Assembly: GCA_051294375.1 (NCBI GenBank)
Contig: CM119271.1
Location: 4,716,421 to 4,780,420, forward strand
Length of the DNA: 64,000 bases
Reading direction: 5' to 3'
Source of the DNA: Paraspadella gotoi
Lineage: Eukaryota > Animalia > Chaetognatha
Below the pieces are notes generated by a model. The model was not told the DNA's origin, ran no database searches, and was given only the letters and a program-made list of their open reading frames with translations. The translations under genes and the position numbers were made by a program. Below are positions 37,749 to 51,579 of the stretch, in pieces; position 1 is the stretch's first letter, and each line of letters begins with the position of its first letter.

Positions 37749-38059
37749 AAACCTAAAATGGCCGCGGAACGACTCACAATACGAAGACCTTGTTGCCTTT
37801 CTTGTAAACGAGCTCGGGATAAAAATAAAAACAATAACCGGGGACGCTAATCGTTAAAAAAATTGTTGAACAAAAGAGTTCGACTACACGAGACGATTAT
37901 GTATAACTAATCGATGTAAAAAAGACTTAAAATATAAAGAATCGTTTATAGTTATGTTTTTAATGTAGAATGATATCGGTGTTGCGCGATTATGAATTTT
38001 TTTTTTTGATAACTACCGCTTTCCCCTCAGCGATTTCGTATTCCCAAACTGATAAACTC

Positions 38060-38500
38060 TCACTCGGTCTTTGCTTCTTCTTTCGAAGCGTCGGCCGACG
38101 CTTTTTCCTTGTCGGCGTTCTCGGCGCCGGCCTCGTCTCCCTCGGCGCTCTTCTTAGGGCGGCCGCGACGCCGGCCCCCCTCTTTGGCGGGCTTGGCCTT
38201 TTTGGGCGGAGGCGTGTAAACGATGCCTTTGGCGGCGTTACGAGTTTGACGACCGGAAGTGGACGACGCGAGATCACCGACCACCTTGACGTTGATGTAA
38301 GAGGAACAAAGAGAGAAGAGAGAGAAACAAATTAATAAAAAGAAGCATCGAGTCCAAACCAAATTTTGACCACACTTTCACCACCATCTACACGACCTTT
38401 ATACCTTTGAGGCTTCGGCGACGAGTTTTTCCGAGGCGCTTTTTCTTTTGCTTCCGGTCGAGGCCGCTGCTCCACCGTTTATCACCGCTGCGTCCGCCAT
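38060..38500 (-). CDS. Small HMGA-like AT-hook chromatin protein (106 aa, 2 coding exons)
   Basis: Exons 38500-38405 and 38284-38060 join in frame: MADAAVING...PPPKKAKPAKEGGRRRGRPKKSAEGDE...; one AT-hook (RGRP) and an acidic tail. Confidence 0.75.
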
Positions 38501-39153
38501 GTTTGTGCGTTTCGTCAAAGTTTCAACTCTCTCACTCCGCGACAACAATTTTATCTCTCTCTGCTGCTTCTTCTCTCTGACTTCTCTCGAACTCTCAATA
38601 CCTGAGAAAAAAGGGACACGTGAAAAGGTGGAAACAAAATTTCTTCCACAATCGTTAAGATATTGCAAAAAAAAAAAACAACAACAACAATTACAGAAAT
38701 AATTGCTTTAAACTTTCTAATGTACATAATAGTTAATTGAACCGTTCAATTATAGAAAATTTGAAATGCGACGTTGATATCATGCTGTAAAAAAAAACGG
38801 AATGACGACTTTCGCCCTTGTTTGTCATATTTGTGTGTGGCTGATCAACTCTAACGAGTATTTTTTGCAGTAACTTAAAAAAAATAACAAGCGTTAAAAC
38901 GAGAAAATACTCGTCAAGTCCCGACATATCACACTATGACGAAATGAAGAAAACAATGGGTGAAAATTTTTTTTTGAAAATAACTGTTTTGATAAAAACA
39001 AAAACGTTAAATGAACTGAACGAGTTCTTAGGTATGTGAACAGAACGGGTAAGAAAATAATAGTAAACAGCGGCTTTCTATATCGAGTTTGTCTATAAAG
39101 AAAGGCTGGAATGTATGGTCCAGGCAAAGGTCGAGGACAACTCTCCCTTAGTC

Positions 39154-39946
<793 letters not shown>

Positions 39947-40369
39947 CTTTGTTGCGCAAAACAAAACGGAAGGAAATTAACTGCAGGAAAAAAACCAAAC
40001 AAAGTATAAATCAACATAATTGTTTCAAACATTTTTTATTTTTTGGCGTTAACGATTAAAATGACAAAACAGAAAACTTTCATAAAAGCGAAAAGTTTTT
40101 ATTTATAACTAGCTTTATAATTTATCATAGAAGCAACCAAATAATTTTTCTAATGAGAAAACGATGGTATCACAGGTACGTAATTTCGCAAACGAAAACC
40201 CCACATTTAAGGTTAATACTATTAAAAGACGCAACAATCACAATCCCAATGTTCAACCAATTCCAAAATGAGCTCGTCATGAGATGCGTATAGTTTTTAA
40301 TATCTGGAATAAAAAAATTGCACGTCGGAAGAAGTTCACAATTTCGATCGCCCAAGCCCAGTTGCTTCT

Positions 40370-43300
40370 TCACAGAACGAATCTATGAACGTCGTCGACG
40401 AAGGTCTTCAACTTGGCGTCGTCGCAATACTCGTCGGTGAGTCCGATCATCTCCGTCTCCGGATAAGTCTGCACAACCTCCATCGCCTCCAGCGTCTTGA
40501 GGCAATTGCGGATGAGATCGGCTCCGGCGGCCTCGGGGTGGTCGAGCCGCGTCGCAGCTCGGGACAGGACCTCCGTCACCAACTCCCGCTGAGAAGCGTC
40601 GCTGTTGAGGAGGAGAGAGAGAGAGCGGACGGTGGTGCCGTAGGAGGCCAAGTGGGGCGCCAGGAAAGAAGCGTACCAGGAGATAGTAACTAAATTTAAA
40701 TAATAATTAAAATAATAATAAACATCAACAAATTAACGGGCCTCAAATAAAAGCCTTACCAGCGCCGTTCTCGCCGAGTCCCAGCCTCTGAGAGCCGCCC
40801 ATGTGATAAAGATGCCGATTTCCGTCACGAGCGACAAAGTAATGGTGATTATCGTCGTCGTCGTAGTCGTCGCTGTCGTCATCGTCGTAGGCGATATCCG
40901 AATTGAGATTTTTGCGGAGCCGATCGTTGCGCCATCCGTCGCCGGCGCCGCCGACGTCGCCTTCTCGAGAAACGAGAACATCTCCGGTGACGAAAGACTC
41001 GACAACCGAGTTGACGGCGTCGTCCACAGAAGCGCAGGGAGGGACGAAAAGAAATTCGTTCTGCGGGAAATTAAGTTATTGATGTCGAATCCTCTCAATA
41101 AAGAAATTGCATCAACTAACGATGACCTTCGCCAATAGCGATTTCACCACTCCTGCAATCTGACCCTCGTAACATTTCCGGATGAAATTTCGATCAGGTT
41201 AACGATTTTTATATATATATCCATAAACCTTAAACCACCTTAAACCACCAAAGCCTGTCCAAAGTCAGGGGCAAGATAGCTTATTTATTAAATGAATGGA
41301 TAATTTTTATATTGGTTGTACCAATTTCATAAGATCCTTTAATTTTTTTGGGATCATTTTCAAGTGCCCCTTATCCGTCTCTGTACTTGGAGTAACTTGA
41401 CGATTCTCAAGGCTCCTTGCAAAATTGCCTCACGCTCGACGGCGACGGACTCGGGCCGTTGCGACCAAATCGAGGCCAGGTCAGCGTCGAAAGCGTCGAC
41501 GGCGGCGATGGCGACGGCAGATTCCAAAGCGAAAACTCCGACGACGGGGTTGGCGTAGTAGAGGAGTTCGAGGGCGAACGGGAGGCGAAGGTTAGGGATG
41601 TAGACGGTAGGGGTGACTGGATCGGCAGGGTTTGAAGGGTCGTCATTAACCTCTACCGCCTCCGTGCGCTTTGCCGACACCAGATGCGGTCCCAGCATCG
41701 TCAGTCCATAAGCGACGACGGCCTCCGATACGCCGGAGAAGGCCAGACTTCGTCCTTTGGCCTCGATCTCACGTCTCAGCTCGCTCACCGTTCCCGCCAA
41801 CTCTTCGACGGTGGCGCCCGTACGAAAGCGAGTCAGCAACGCGAAGGCCGTCAAGGCGGTGGCGCTAACGGCGGAGACGCGAGAGGCGTCGTAGGCGGCG
41901 TGGGCGGCGAGTTTCTTGATGACGGTGCGGTTGGCGTCGGTGAGGTTGAGAGAGAGACGCTCGCCGAAGACGTCCGTCGCGGAACCGAAACGGGAGACGG
42001 GCGAGGAGAGAGATTCCGGCGGAGTGTCCAAGCAGGAAGGAGGGAGTTGACGCCGAACGTTGGATGAGACAAACTCTTGGAGGGAGAAGGGTTGGGAGAA
42101 GGAGACGCGACAGGAGCCAACGTTGTGGGTAAAGAGGGTAAGAGAGGACCTGGTCGACGGGAAATGTCAAAAAAAAAATATCTTAATAGAAAGGAAAAAA
42201 AAAATATTTAAAGTGCAACACAGCTCCTCACTTAAGAATGTGCACGAAAGACTCTTTCGGCTTTGGCCATCCTAACTGCTCGTCCACGAAGTTTCCGTCG
42301 AGGATTCGATCGTAAGTGATGCCGACGGGGACGATGAGGGCGTCGGGAATGACTCCCGATTGGAAACTCTGTACCAGAACGGAGAGGAGGCCGCACTTGG
42401 GCATCAGGGTTTTGCCGGAACGGGAACGACCACCTTTATCAAGATAAAAAAAAAAAAATTAAAATTAGTATAATACTATTAATAGATGAATAAACACTTC
42501 CGTTTTCATAAAAGGTAATCTCCGGAGTCATCACCTTCGAGGAAAAACATGAGATTGGAATTTCGCTTGAGAACTTGTTCGACGTATGTGTGAAGGATGG
42601 AGCGATAAACAACGTCGCTAAGAGAAGTAAAACAAATTTAAACTCTCTTTTCAACCCCACCCCAAAATCTTGTTTCCCTCACCGAGGACTCGAAGCTCCA
42701 ACGTCAATGCGCCGCTTGACGAAGAATCCTCCCAACCACCGCATCAACGATCCAAAGATGCTTACGTCCAGATTGTCGCCGGCGGCGATCAATGGGACGG
42801 GGATGTCGTTCAGAACCTGGGGGGGGGGGATGAGAGAAAGGTGACGATTAGGAAAGTTTCGGATCATGTCGAACGGAGATCGAACTCACCATAAATAACT
42901 GTAGTAGGATATAGTCCATGTGACTTCGATGTAGCGGTAGAAACACAAGGGATACCTAAATAATTGAATATTAAAATTTAGTAATACAATTAATAAATTC
43001 CTGTAAAATTGAAGAAAATTTAAATAAAAAAAGACTAATATCGCACCTCCTTCTCCAGGGCTTCCTTGATGAGTTGAAGTTCCCCGTCGTGAAATACGAC
43101 TGAGTTGAAAGGGACGCGGAGCAGCCGTAGCAGCAGCCAGGCGCAGAGTCGCAGCAGGACCGACGACGCGTTGGCGGCCATCGACATCAGCAGCTTGCGG
43201 GCGCGAGACTCATGCTTTCGGAGCAATTCCGTGAACCTGACTCCTTTGGTGTCGATTCCGCAGTCGACCTCCTCCGTCGCCGCCACCTGCACCGCCTCTG

Positions 43301-44051
43301 ACACGCGTTGGTGATTGATCACGCCGGAAATGACGTTGTGCGGGGTGACGACGACGCGTCTCGACGCCACGTGGTAACTGAATGAAAATGGGAGTTAAAT
43401 CAAGTTATACCAACGAAGTCGAAAACTTTCTAGGCAAGCTTAGAGACGAGTTTACACTCCTGTCGATAAAAAGCAATCTCTCCGTTTCCATCCCCAACCT
43501 TCGTTCAACATCGACACTTACAGAAGACAAACGTTCCGCGCCATAAAGTTTCGCTTCCGGTAAATCTTGTCGACGCGCAGAAGATCGCGAAGAGGGCGAC
43601 TTCCCAAACCCAACTCGATTTTGTTGTGGCTTTGCACGCAGCAGGAGGAGCAGCATCGCGCGGAGAATGGCCGATCGCGAATTTTGGAGAGAACTTCTTG
43701 GTCGGAAGGAAAGTGTTTGAATCGGGCAAGTTGATCTGAAGGAGTTGGGGAAAAGACAATAGACTCTCAATAAGCCCGACTTTTTTCCTCGCATATCCCG
43801 CCGTCTTCTGTCGAACCTTTCATGATAGATTTTTTCTCAAGCGGCAAATCTTGCTCGGTCCTAATCTTCTCTCTCTCTCTCCGCTGATCTTGCCGTCTCT
43901 TCGTTCTCTCGTCGTGATCGAAGAAGTTCGGTTCGTTGGCGCGCACCATGCGCCGCCTATCAGGTGGGCGCGGGGGGGTCACACGGGCGTCGCCGGCGCC
44001 ATCGACGGCGCCGTTGGCGTAGCGATAATCGACGGCGGGAAAGACGGTCAT
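40370..44051 (-). CDS. GPAM: Glycerol-3-phosphate acyltransferase 1, mitochondrial-type, multi-exon
   Basis: RPFSARCCSSC N-terminal motif; acyltransferase blocks FLPLHRSHMDY, IAAGDNL, LGGFFVKRR, FFLE/GGRSRSGK; IVPVGITYDRILDG. Confidence 0.92.
41245..41330 (+). repeat. Dispersed ~90-bp intronic repeat, copy 2 (antisense in a GPAM intron)
   Basis: CCACCAAAGCCTGTCCAAAGTCAGGGGCAAGATAGCTTATTTATTAAATGAATGGATAATTTTTATATTGGTTGTACCAATTTCAT. Confidence 0.8.
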
Positions 44052-44410
44052 GTCGATCGATTATTGAGCGAGTTGATTGGGAAGGAGGGGAAGTAGAGAG
44101 TCACATTTTTGGCCGGTGAAAATTTAGCAACCGTATTTTTTAGTTAGTTTTTCTGTTCGAGTTAATTTGATTTCCGACGATGGATTAACAACAAAATCAA
44201 CAACAACAACAACAATGGGTGAGGTAATTTAACAAGTTTTTTTTGTCTCTATGTGAATAACGAAATGAAAAATATCTGCGGGAAAAATTGTGGAAACGTA
44301 TTTAAATATAAACTTTTTAGTTAACGCTTAACTATCAAAAAAGAAATGCAAGCCATCTAAGACAAAGTCGACCAAATAACAAAAATGGAAACTCGACAAA
44401 AGAGAATAGT

Positions 44411-45173
44411 TTATTTCTTGGCGGGCTTCTTCTTCTTCTTTCCCGGGGCGGAGGCGGCGGCAGCCGCCTTCTCCGCCGCCTGTTGGGCTTTGAGGACCTT
44501 GACGACGATCTTTTGCTCCTCGATTAGGAACGCGCGGATGATCCTGTTGGGGTATAAAAATTAAAAATTAACTTCACCATTGTTACGAGTCTGAGTATTA
44601 AATAACAAATATTTCAAAGTAAAATAGCGCCTCCCCTGACCTTTCTCTGACTGCGGCCGCGCAGAGATTTCCCCCATAAGCCCGGGAGACCCTCTTGTGC
44701 CTCTTGGACATGTTCTTTAGCGCCGTGGGTCGCGCCGGCTTGATGCCCTGCAGTCGAAAAAGCAAATATCAAAATTGTTGTTACATTATTTTTATTAACA
44801 GAGATAGATTTTTGTATTATCAGGTCGTTAGTTAATATCTACTCTGAAGTACTTAGTAATGGATTATTATTTTTTCTTTTGTGGTTTGTTGTTATCAGTT
44901 GTCATTAGCTTTTATACAAATTTTATTGAGCTCTGTCGTNNNNNNNNNNTGTTGTTATCAGTTGTAATTAGCTTTTATACAAATTCTATTGAGCTCTGTC
45001 GTGGAAATCTTCGGCACCTGCAGCTTGACGCCGGTGTCGCCGCATCGCGGAATCTTGGCCGCCTTCTTTTGGTAGAGATAGACGAGCTTCCCTCCTGGTG
45101 TCTTGGAGATGCGACGCTTGTTGCTCAGCGTCGAGTACGACATTCGTCGTCGGAGGCAAAGACGTTGAACCAT
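44411..45173 (-). CDS. RPL34: 60S ribosomal protein L34 (eL34), 3 exons
   Basis: [37 protein letters not shown] / GIKPARP...[12 protein letters not shown] / [20 protein letters not shown]. Confidence 0.97.
44940..44949. other. Assembly gap (10 N) with ~53-bp near-duplicate flanks
   Basis: 44887-44939 and 44950-45002 differ at 2 positions, consistent with an uncollapsed haplotype overlap. Confidence 0.9.
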
Positions 45174-45460
45174 TTTGATTTCTCGTTTAAAACCTTTCTC
45201 GGTCGACAGAAAAAAATCCTAGATGGCTTTTTTTATTCTAGTTTCTGTGGGAAGATAAAAAAAAAATATTTTAAATTTCTTGCATTGACGAAAATTTGCA
45301 AAATTTGTTCCGAACACAACACAATCAAATGTTCAAGCGTATTATTACAATTATTTTAAGTTTAAACGTAAAAATTCATCGAAAATAAAAGGTTTACAAT
45401 ACGCTGCCAACGCGTTACTTTTTCAATTTTTTTTTAAATTGCGGTTCTTTTCGACGCGAA

Positions 45461-46424
45461 ATGTCATTCATTGCTTCCTTCCTGGGAATCGGAGCCAAAA
45501 ACGTCAACCAAAGCGAAAACACAAACGAAGCTGCTGCTGCTGCCGCGGCCTCCGCCGTCCTCGTCGCCGCTTCCATGGAACAACTCGAAAAAGAGATCAA
45601 CGGCGCGGATGCCAAAAAGGTAAGAAACATAAGAACAGAACAAATGATAAGTTCACAGGATTCGTCAGGAATAAATAAAAAGGTTCAACTTTCAATTCGA
45701 CCAATCGTGACACGATAACGGAAAAGCCTTCTTCATCCTCAGCTGGTGGCGATCGACTTTTACGCCCCCTGGTGCGGCCCCTGCAAAGTGATCGGTCCAG
45801 AATTCGAGCGGCTGGCTTCAGTCGCCCCGTACAACGACCGCACCAAAGTCTCTTTCGTCAAGTGCGACGTGGAGGCGGTCAAAGAGGCGCAGGAGAAGTA
45901 CTCCATCAAGGTAGACAACTCGTAAAACGGGAGATCATCATATCGTTGGGTTTTAAAAATTCGAGTAACACCGAGCACTCAAGAAACATAAAATATGTTT
46001 TTAAATGATCACGTTGCTACACAAGTATGATTAAAAATTACACATACATATAAAAGGTCTTATGGTACCTTTCCTTCTTACCAAATACAAACTTAGTTGA
46101 TGCAGTATTACCAGACTTACAAACGTTTAAAATATAATTGGGACAAACCAATGGACCAACCAATGGACCATCCGACCGACAAGTGACTTTTAGAGTTGAA
46201 CCGAGAGTACTCTCGGCGCAACTAAAAAGTGAAGGTTATGATTAAAAATCCTGTATTCCTATTCCGAAAATCATTAGCGTCTCAAACCCCCCCCCCCCAC
46301 ATTTTTCGCGGTTCAGAGCGTCCCATATTTTCTCTTCATGAAAAACAAATCGAAGGTGGCGGAAATGTGTGGGGCAAACAAGGAAAAGCTGAAGCAGTTG
46401 TTGGACGAAAATATAGCAAATTGA
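45461..46424 (+). CDS. TXN: Thioredoxin (WCGPC), 3 exons
   Basis: Exons 45461-45619, 45743-45910, 46317-46424: [25 protein letters not shown]...FVKCDVE...[14 protein letters not shown]...GANKEKL. Confidence 0.93.
46140..46228 (-). mobile_element. Helentron/DINE-1-like element end in thioredoxin intron 2
   Basis: Minus strand TTTTTAGTTGCG CCGAGAGTACTCTCGG TTCAACTCTA followed by GGTC/GGTT-type microsatellite. Confidence 0.55.
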
Positions 46425-47265
46425 TGGTTCACGGGTGAAAGAATGGTTTCGTTTATGATTCGTAATACATTTGAAAGTAAACGAAGCGAGAACTATTTAA
46501 TAGTAGTATTTGTAAGTTTATTTTTTTCCAGACAGTATCTGCAGTTGGTAAAAAGCAAAATCAGGATGGGAAAGAAGTACAACAAAAAGAAAACGTTAGA
46601 CATTCAAATAAAAATAAATTATGTTACACTATAAATGCATTCATTGTGAACTTTTAAAAGAGGGACTATTGAACTCAAATTTTTTTATTTCCTTAAAACC
46701 AGAAATAATTAAGACAAATATTCCTAAACAATATATACTACCAGTAACACATTTCGAAAAACAGGGAAGGTAATGACTGGATAATTGACTAGCAGGTACA
46801 AAGACAAACGATAAACTGGTTGATAAAAAAAAACATTCAGCTGTCAGTACTGCCGTAATCCACAATGGCACCTGAGTATTTAATCGACAAATCAAATAGA
46901 ACGTTCTGGACATATCGTGACGAGTGAGGGAAAAAAAGACGTTAACGGTTAACAGCGTTATCTTCGAAAGATGACTAAAGAGAAATTGAAAGGCAGGTAC
47001 AAACTTTTACAATTTGTAAAGGAAAAAAAAGACCAATCACCAAAAACCTCTTATTCGCTTCATTAACTATTTCTACTTCCTAAAATCCTAAAATCATTCA
47101 TTCCATAAATACAAATCGAAGCAAAATGGACTAATAAACAATCCACGACAGAGGTCCAAACCGATATCTATCAAATCCCCCAAATTAAAATACAGAAACA
47201 TTCCCACATTCCTAACAGTCCTTTACGTAACCAAACACAACGCCCGTGAAATCCTCGGCGCTGGA

Positions 47266-49002
47266 CTAGGACGCCGTGGTGGTGTCAGCGGGTAGCACCT
47301 CGTAGTTAAACTCGTGAGTCTTGACGTGCTTCGAGAGGTATTCCTTCCGCAGGAACCGATTGCCGCAAGTTTGGCAAACAAACTTTTTTTCAAGAAGCTC
47401 GTGGACGCTCTCCATGTGTCGCTTGAGCCCGTCCTTGCTGGCGAGCGTCTTGTCGCACTTGAGGCACTTGTAGGCCTCCTTCCCGGGCCCGTGAATCATG
47501 ATTTTGTGCCGTCGATAGTTGGTGATGCTGGTAAAATTTTTCTCGCATTCGTCGCATCCGTACAGGATGCGCGTGTCCTTGTGAACGGCCAGCTTGTGGC
47601 GCTTGAGGTTGTAGCCGCTCTGCATGTTCTTGTTGCAGATCTCGCAGACGAAGGCGGCGGAGTCGGCGTTTTGGCCGATGGTCTTCACGGCGTTGTCGAC
47701 GGGCAGTTGGGCGACGATCTCGCCGCTCGAGGTGAAATGAAGGAGCTGGCCCTGAATCGTCTGGCCCGCTCGGTCGTCGACGTCGACCGAAGACGCGACA
47801 GAGGAATCGCCGATGATGCCGTGAACGTTTTTCCGGTGTCGCTTTAGATTGTCCGAGTAGTTGAAGACCTTTAGGCAAACATCACAGGGATGGTCGACGC
47901 CTCTGCCAGAGTCGGCACCGTGAACGCCGACGCGGTGGCGCCGCAGGTTGAAGCGGTTCTGGAAATCCTTGCGACAAAGGTCGCAATGGTAGGTCACCTT
48001 CTCCTGAACGTCTTCGTGAAAGTCCTTGTGGTGACGCTTGAGGTTTCCCTTGCTACGAAAATCCTTTGCGCAGATGGCGCAGGCGTGAGTCGTTTTGTTC
48101 TTTTTTTTGCCGCCCGTGACGCTGCTGCTATCTTTAAAGGTCGACGAAGTCGTCGAGGAAGATTCCCCCGCTAACAGCGCTTCGGCGTTTTGAAGCGACA
48201 AAATGTTATCCACCTTGATGACGGTGAAGTTCGCGGCAGAGTCGGCGGCCGGCTCAGCCTCCGAAGCGACGGCGACGGTTTCGCCCGCTCCTTCCTCGCG
48301 TCCCTCGTGCTCTTCGGCGGCGACGGGTTGGAGATGAACCAACTGACCGTTTGGTCGTATCTGAAATTGCTGCAATGACTCAGGCGACGACTTGATCACG
48401 CCCGCGGAGCTGCCGGTTGCTATTTGCGACGGGCGCGTCGAAGCCGTTTTTTGCTTTCCTTTTCCCTTGGCTGATTTATGGGTAGATTGTTGCTGCGGAT
48501 GCGATTGTTGATGCTGATGCGTCACGGTTTGTAGCTGCTGTTGCGGCTGAAGCTGCAATTGTATAATTTGTCCGCCGGAGGTGGCGGCCTGGACGATCTG
48601 ACCCCCGCCGGAAAACCCGGCGACCGGAAGTTGCAGGACGCCGGCCGAATTGACAGCGATCGGTTCCATCACGGCATAGTTGGCGGGGGCGCTGGTTTGG
48701 AGAAAAAGGGCGCTTCTGTAAAGACGCTCGAAAATGAAATAGGGGGAAACATAACAGAACTTACCTGTATACCGGCGTGAGATCGGACATCTTCCAAGTC
48801 GGTGTAGCACCTGAAGAGGATGTTGTCGACGATACCACCTGATGAAAAGTCGCCGGTCGACCATCGCCGCCTGTTGCAATCGAATAAAAGTAAAAGAAGT
48901 GATCAGGCGACGATCCGTGACTTTGCATTAAGAAGACTCACCCGTGAACGAAATGTTTGTAGGAATAAGCTCGCCGTTTGGTCCCACTTGCATGGAACCC
49001 AT
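47266..49002 (-). CDS. C2H2 zinc-finger transcription factor (7 fingers, 3+4; Q-rich N-terminal region)
   Basis: Seven CxxC...HxxxxH/HxxxH fingers in the terminal exon. Upstream exons ~49002-48942 and ~48871-48766 splice in frame; the true start may be further upstream. Confidence 0.9.
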
Positions 49003-49907
49003 GGGAATGTAAGTGATACTCATTATTCAATTTTTATTTCGAGCCCCCCTAAAAAATTTTTTCACAAAACTATGGGATCAACCCACGGGTCGTTTCTTGC
49101 GGAGAAGAAAATAAAAGGTAAAAAGTAAACATCCAATTAGCAAATAGAAATAAAAACAAAAATTCAAAAACAAAAATTTAAAAACAAAAATTTAAAATGA
49201 GATAAAAAAATCTATAATATCAACGAATGAAAATTAATACGCTGCAGAGTTTATTAAAAATAATCTCAAAAATGAGGAAAAAAGGCAAAGAAACCAAAAA
49301 TTTGTTAAAGAACGTTTGCTTAGTAACAAAGTGAGAGACGAGTACTGTTCGGCTTCAAACCGAACGACAATTGACGATATTTCCCGTCAAAGCAACGTTA
49401 CAAAAGGAAAAAATAATTAAAATTCACAAATGATGATGATGATCAGTGATTCGACAACGGAACATGACGGAATTAACAGATCCCGCAGTGGACTAAAAAT
49501 AGATTACTTGGCTTCATCGACTCAGAAACGGCGAATAATCTATCAACGGTTCTTTATGCTTTCATAACAAAAACAGAGGTTATCCGATTGATACGGTGGT
49601 ACGGAGTTTTTTGTATTAAAATTCGAAAAAGGTGCAACCCTAAGTTTCATTTTTCTATTAGTCAATAGACATTTTAGTAGTCGACATTCGACAAACGGCA
49701 GACAGCGCCGCTCAGGACAAAACAAATAAATACGGCGGATTGGCTGAAAGCAAATGACTCATAAGGCCAAATTCGACAGGAAATTAACTAATTCAAAATA
49801 AATTTGTAAATTTGGCTTTTTTTTTAAAAGATATTATCGACCAGACGTGCAATAGCCTCATCTTTAAATAAAAAAAGACTAGCATGAGTCTGACGACGTC
49901 GTGGTCG

Positions 49908-50681
49908 TCAACGTTTGGCTTCTCTTACGGCCTGATTGTAGGACGGAGGATCGTCTTCCCCGCAGACGGATTCGTACGAGGGAGGCGGAGTCCGCGCCTC
50001 CCGCATCAGTAGACGGCGCGCTGTCGCAACCGACGCCGCCCCCTCCTCTTCATCTTCCTCCAAAACGACGGAAGAAGGGCGGTAACGAGAACTACCTCCT
50101 CCGTGACGAGAGGGACGGGAAGAGGAAGAGGATCCGCGCGAAGAACAAGACGAAGCAGAGGCCGCGGCTCGGGCGCCTCTGGCGGAGGGTCCGGAAGCAC
50201 CGCGAGCGGTACCGGAAGATGCGGAAGAGCCGGAGGTGACTCTGGACGACGAGCGGCGCGCGGAACGCGCGGAAGAGGACGATCGGTGAGTCCCGCCGGA
50301 GTTTCTAGAATGCGTGACACCGGAAGAGTTCGTCGTCGTAGACGGCGTCGATCGATGGTGCGAAGTCGCGACGACCTGCGTCTGATTGCGTTCTGGGCCG
50401 TTGGATTCCTGTTGTTGATTATGATGATGTTGCGGCGTCTGCGAAGTCGGCAATTCGAGTCCCGAAGCGCTCGATTCCGGCGCCGGGGAGATCGGCGTCA
50501 CTGTGGTGCTGCCGTCGGCGGATATTCGATCGGCGGCCGATGCGTCGGCGCCGTCTCCGGTGGAGCGACCTCGCCAGCGCGTGATGCAAGTGTAGATGAA
50601 CCAGCCGAGGACGACGACGGCGAGAAGCGAGAGGCTGAGTCGTTCCGTCAATCGACGAATCCATTCTTGCAGAGTTACCAT
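49908..50681 (-). CDS. Single-pass membrane protein with two C-terminal PPxY motifs (intronless)
   Basis: TM LSLSLLAVVVLGWFIYTCI followed by TRWRGR; Ser-rich linker; TPPPSYESV and DPPSYNQAV. Confidence 0.75.
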   Translation of the reverse strand: MVTLQEWIRRLTERLSLSLLAVVVLGWFIYTCITRWRGRSTGDGADASAADRISADGSTTVTPISPAPESSASGLELPTSQTPQHHHNQQQESNGPERNQTQVVATSHHRSTPSTTTNSSGVTHSRNSGGTHRSSSSARSARRSSSRVTSGSSASSGTARGASGPSARGARAAASASSCSSRGSSSSSRPSRHGGGSSRYRPSSVVLEEDEEEGAASVATARRLLMREARTPPPSYESVCGEDDPPSYNQAVREAKR

Positions 50682-51579
50682 CACTCGGCGAAAAGGGACA
50701 ACGCCGCCGGGGCCGCGGGGGCCGCCGCATTTAACGAAAGGGGCCGGATGCGCCGGGTTTTAGGACAGAAAAATACGATAAGGCTAGATTATCGCATTTT
50801 CTTTTCTTTTTTATATATATATATATTTTTTAAATTTTCCTGATTGTGAGTTGCACTGTTAAACACCGTTGTCCGTTAATTACAACGCGTCGCCGCTCCG
50901 AGTTGCTCGGAAAAAAAGTTCAAGTTTCTTAAGCCATGGTTTTTGAAGACGTATTTAAATTTAGTAAATAATGTGTAAAATCAGTCTTGATTAACGACAT
51001 TCGACGAAAAAAGAAGTAACAGGGTCCATCTGTAATAAGTTCTGAAATTTAAAAACGAATACCGAACAGGATAATGATCCTTATCGTATATTCAATTATT
51101 TATTTTCAAAAATTAAGTAGTGACGATTGACTATGACATTCAGTTCACAATTCTGATTGAGTTAAACATGGTTATTAACAGCTAAATTCGAGCGTTCAGT
51201 TCGCCAAGCTTATGAATTGTACCGGGAGAAAAACTTTCAATATAATTATTAATCAATACTCAATGGGTATTTTTTTTATAAAATGTATAAAAAAAAGAAT
51301 AAAAATTCAATTAATATTATGTATATACGACTTTTAATCCAAATTCGCTCGATTTTTATCCAAGTAAAAATCACATACAGCTTCAATTACGACACGAGAT
51401 CATTGAAAAATAAATAACAAACATATAAAAAATTTGAATTAAATAATAAAAAATATCACGAGAGAAACATTCAGTAAGACACTATCAGTGGAGATCGAAA
51501 AGACGGTATCCGAGACTAAAAAATCCACGACGACAAAATTATACGAAAGAAAAATAAAAAAAAACAAGAAAAAGAGTTC

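Noticed and set aside
44887-45002. 53-bp tandem duplication in an RPL34 intron
   Set aside because: Copies flank the N gap; most likely a scaffolding/haplotype artefact.
44750-45015. Intronic snoRNA in RPL34
   Set aside because: No clear C/D box pair or H/ACA hairpins on the gene strand; region is interrupted by the gap.
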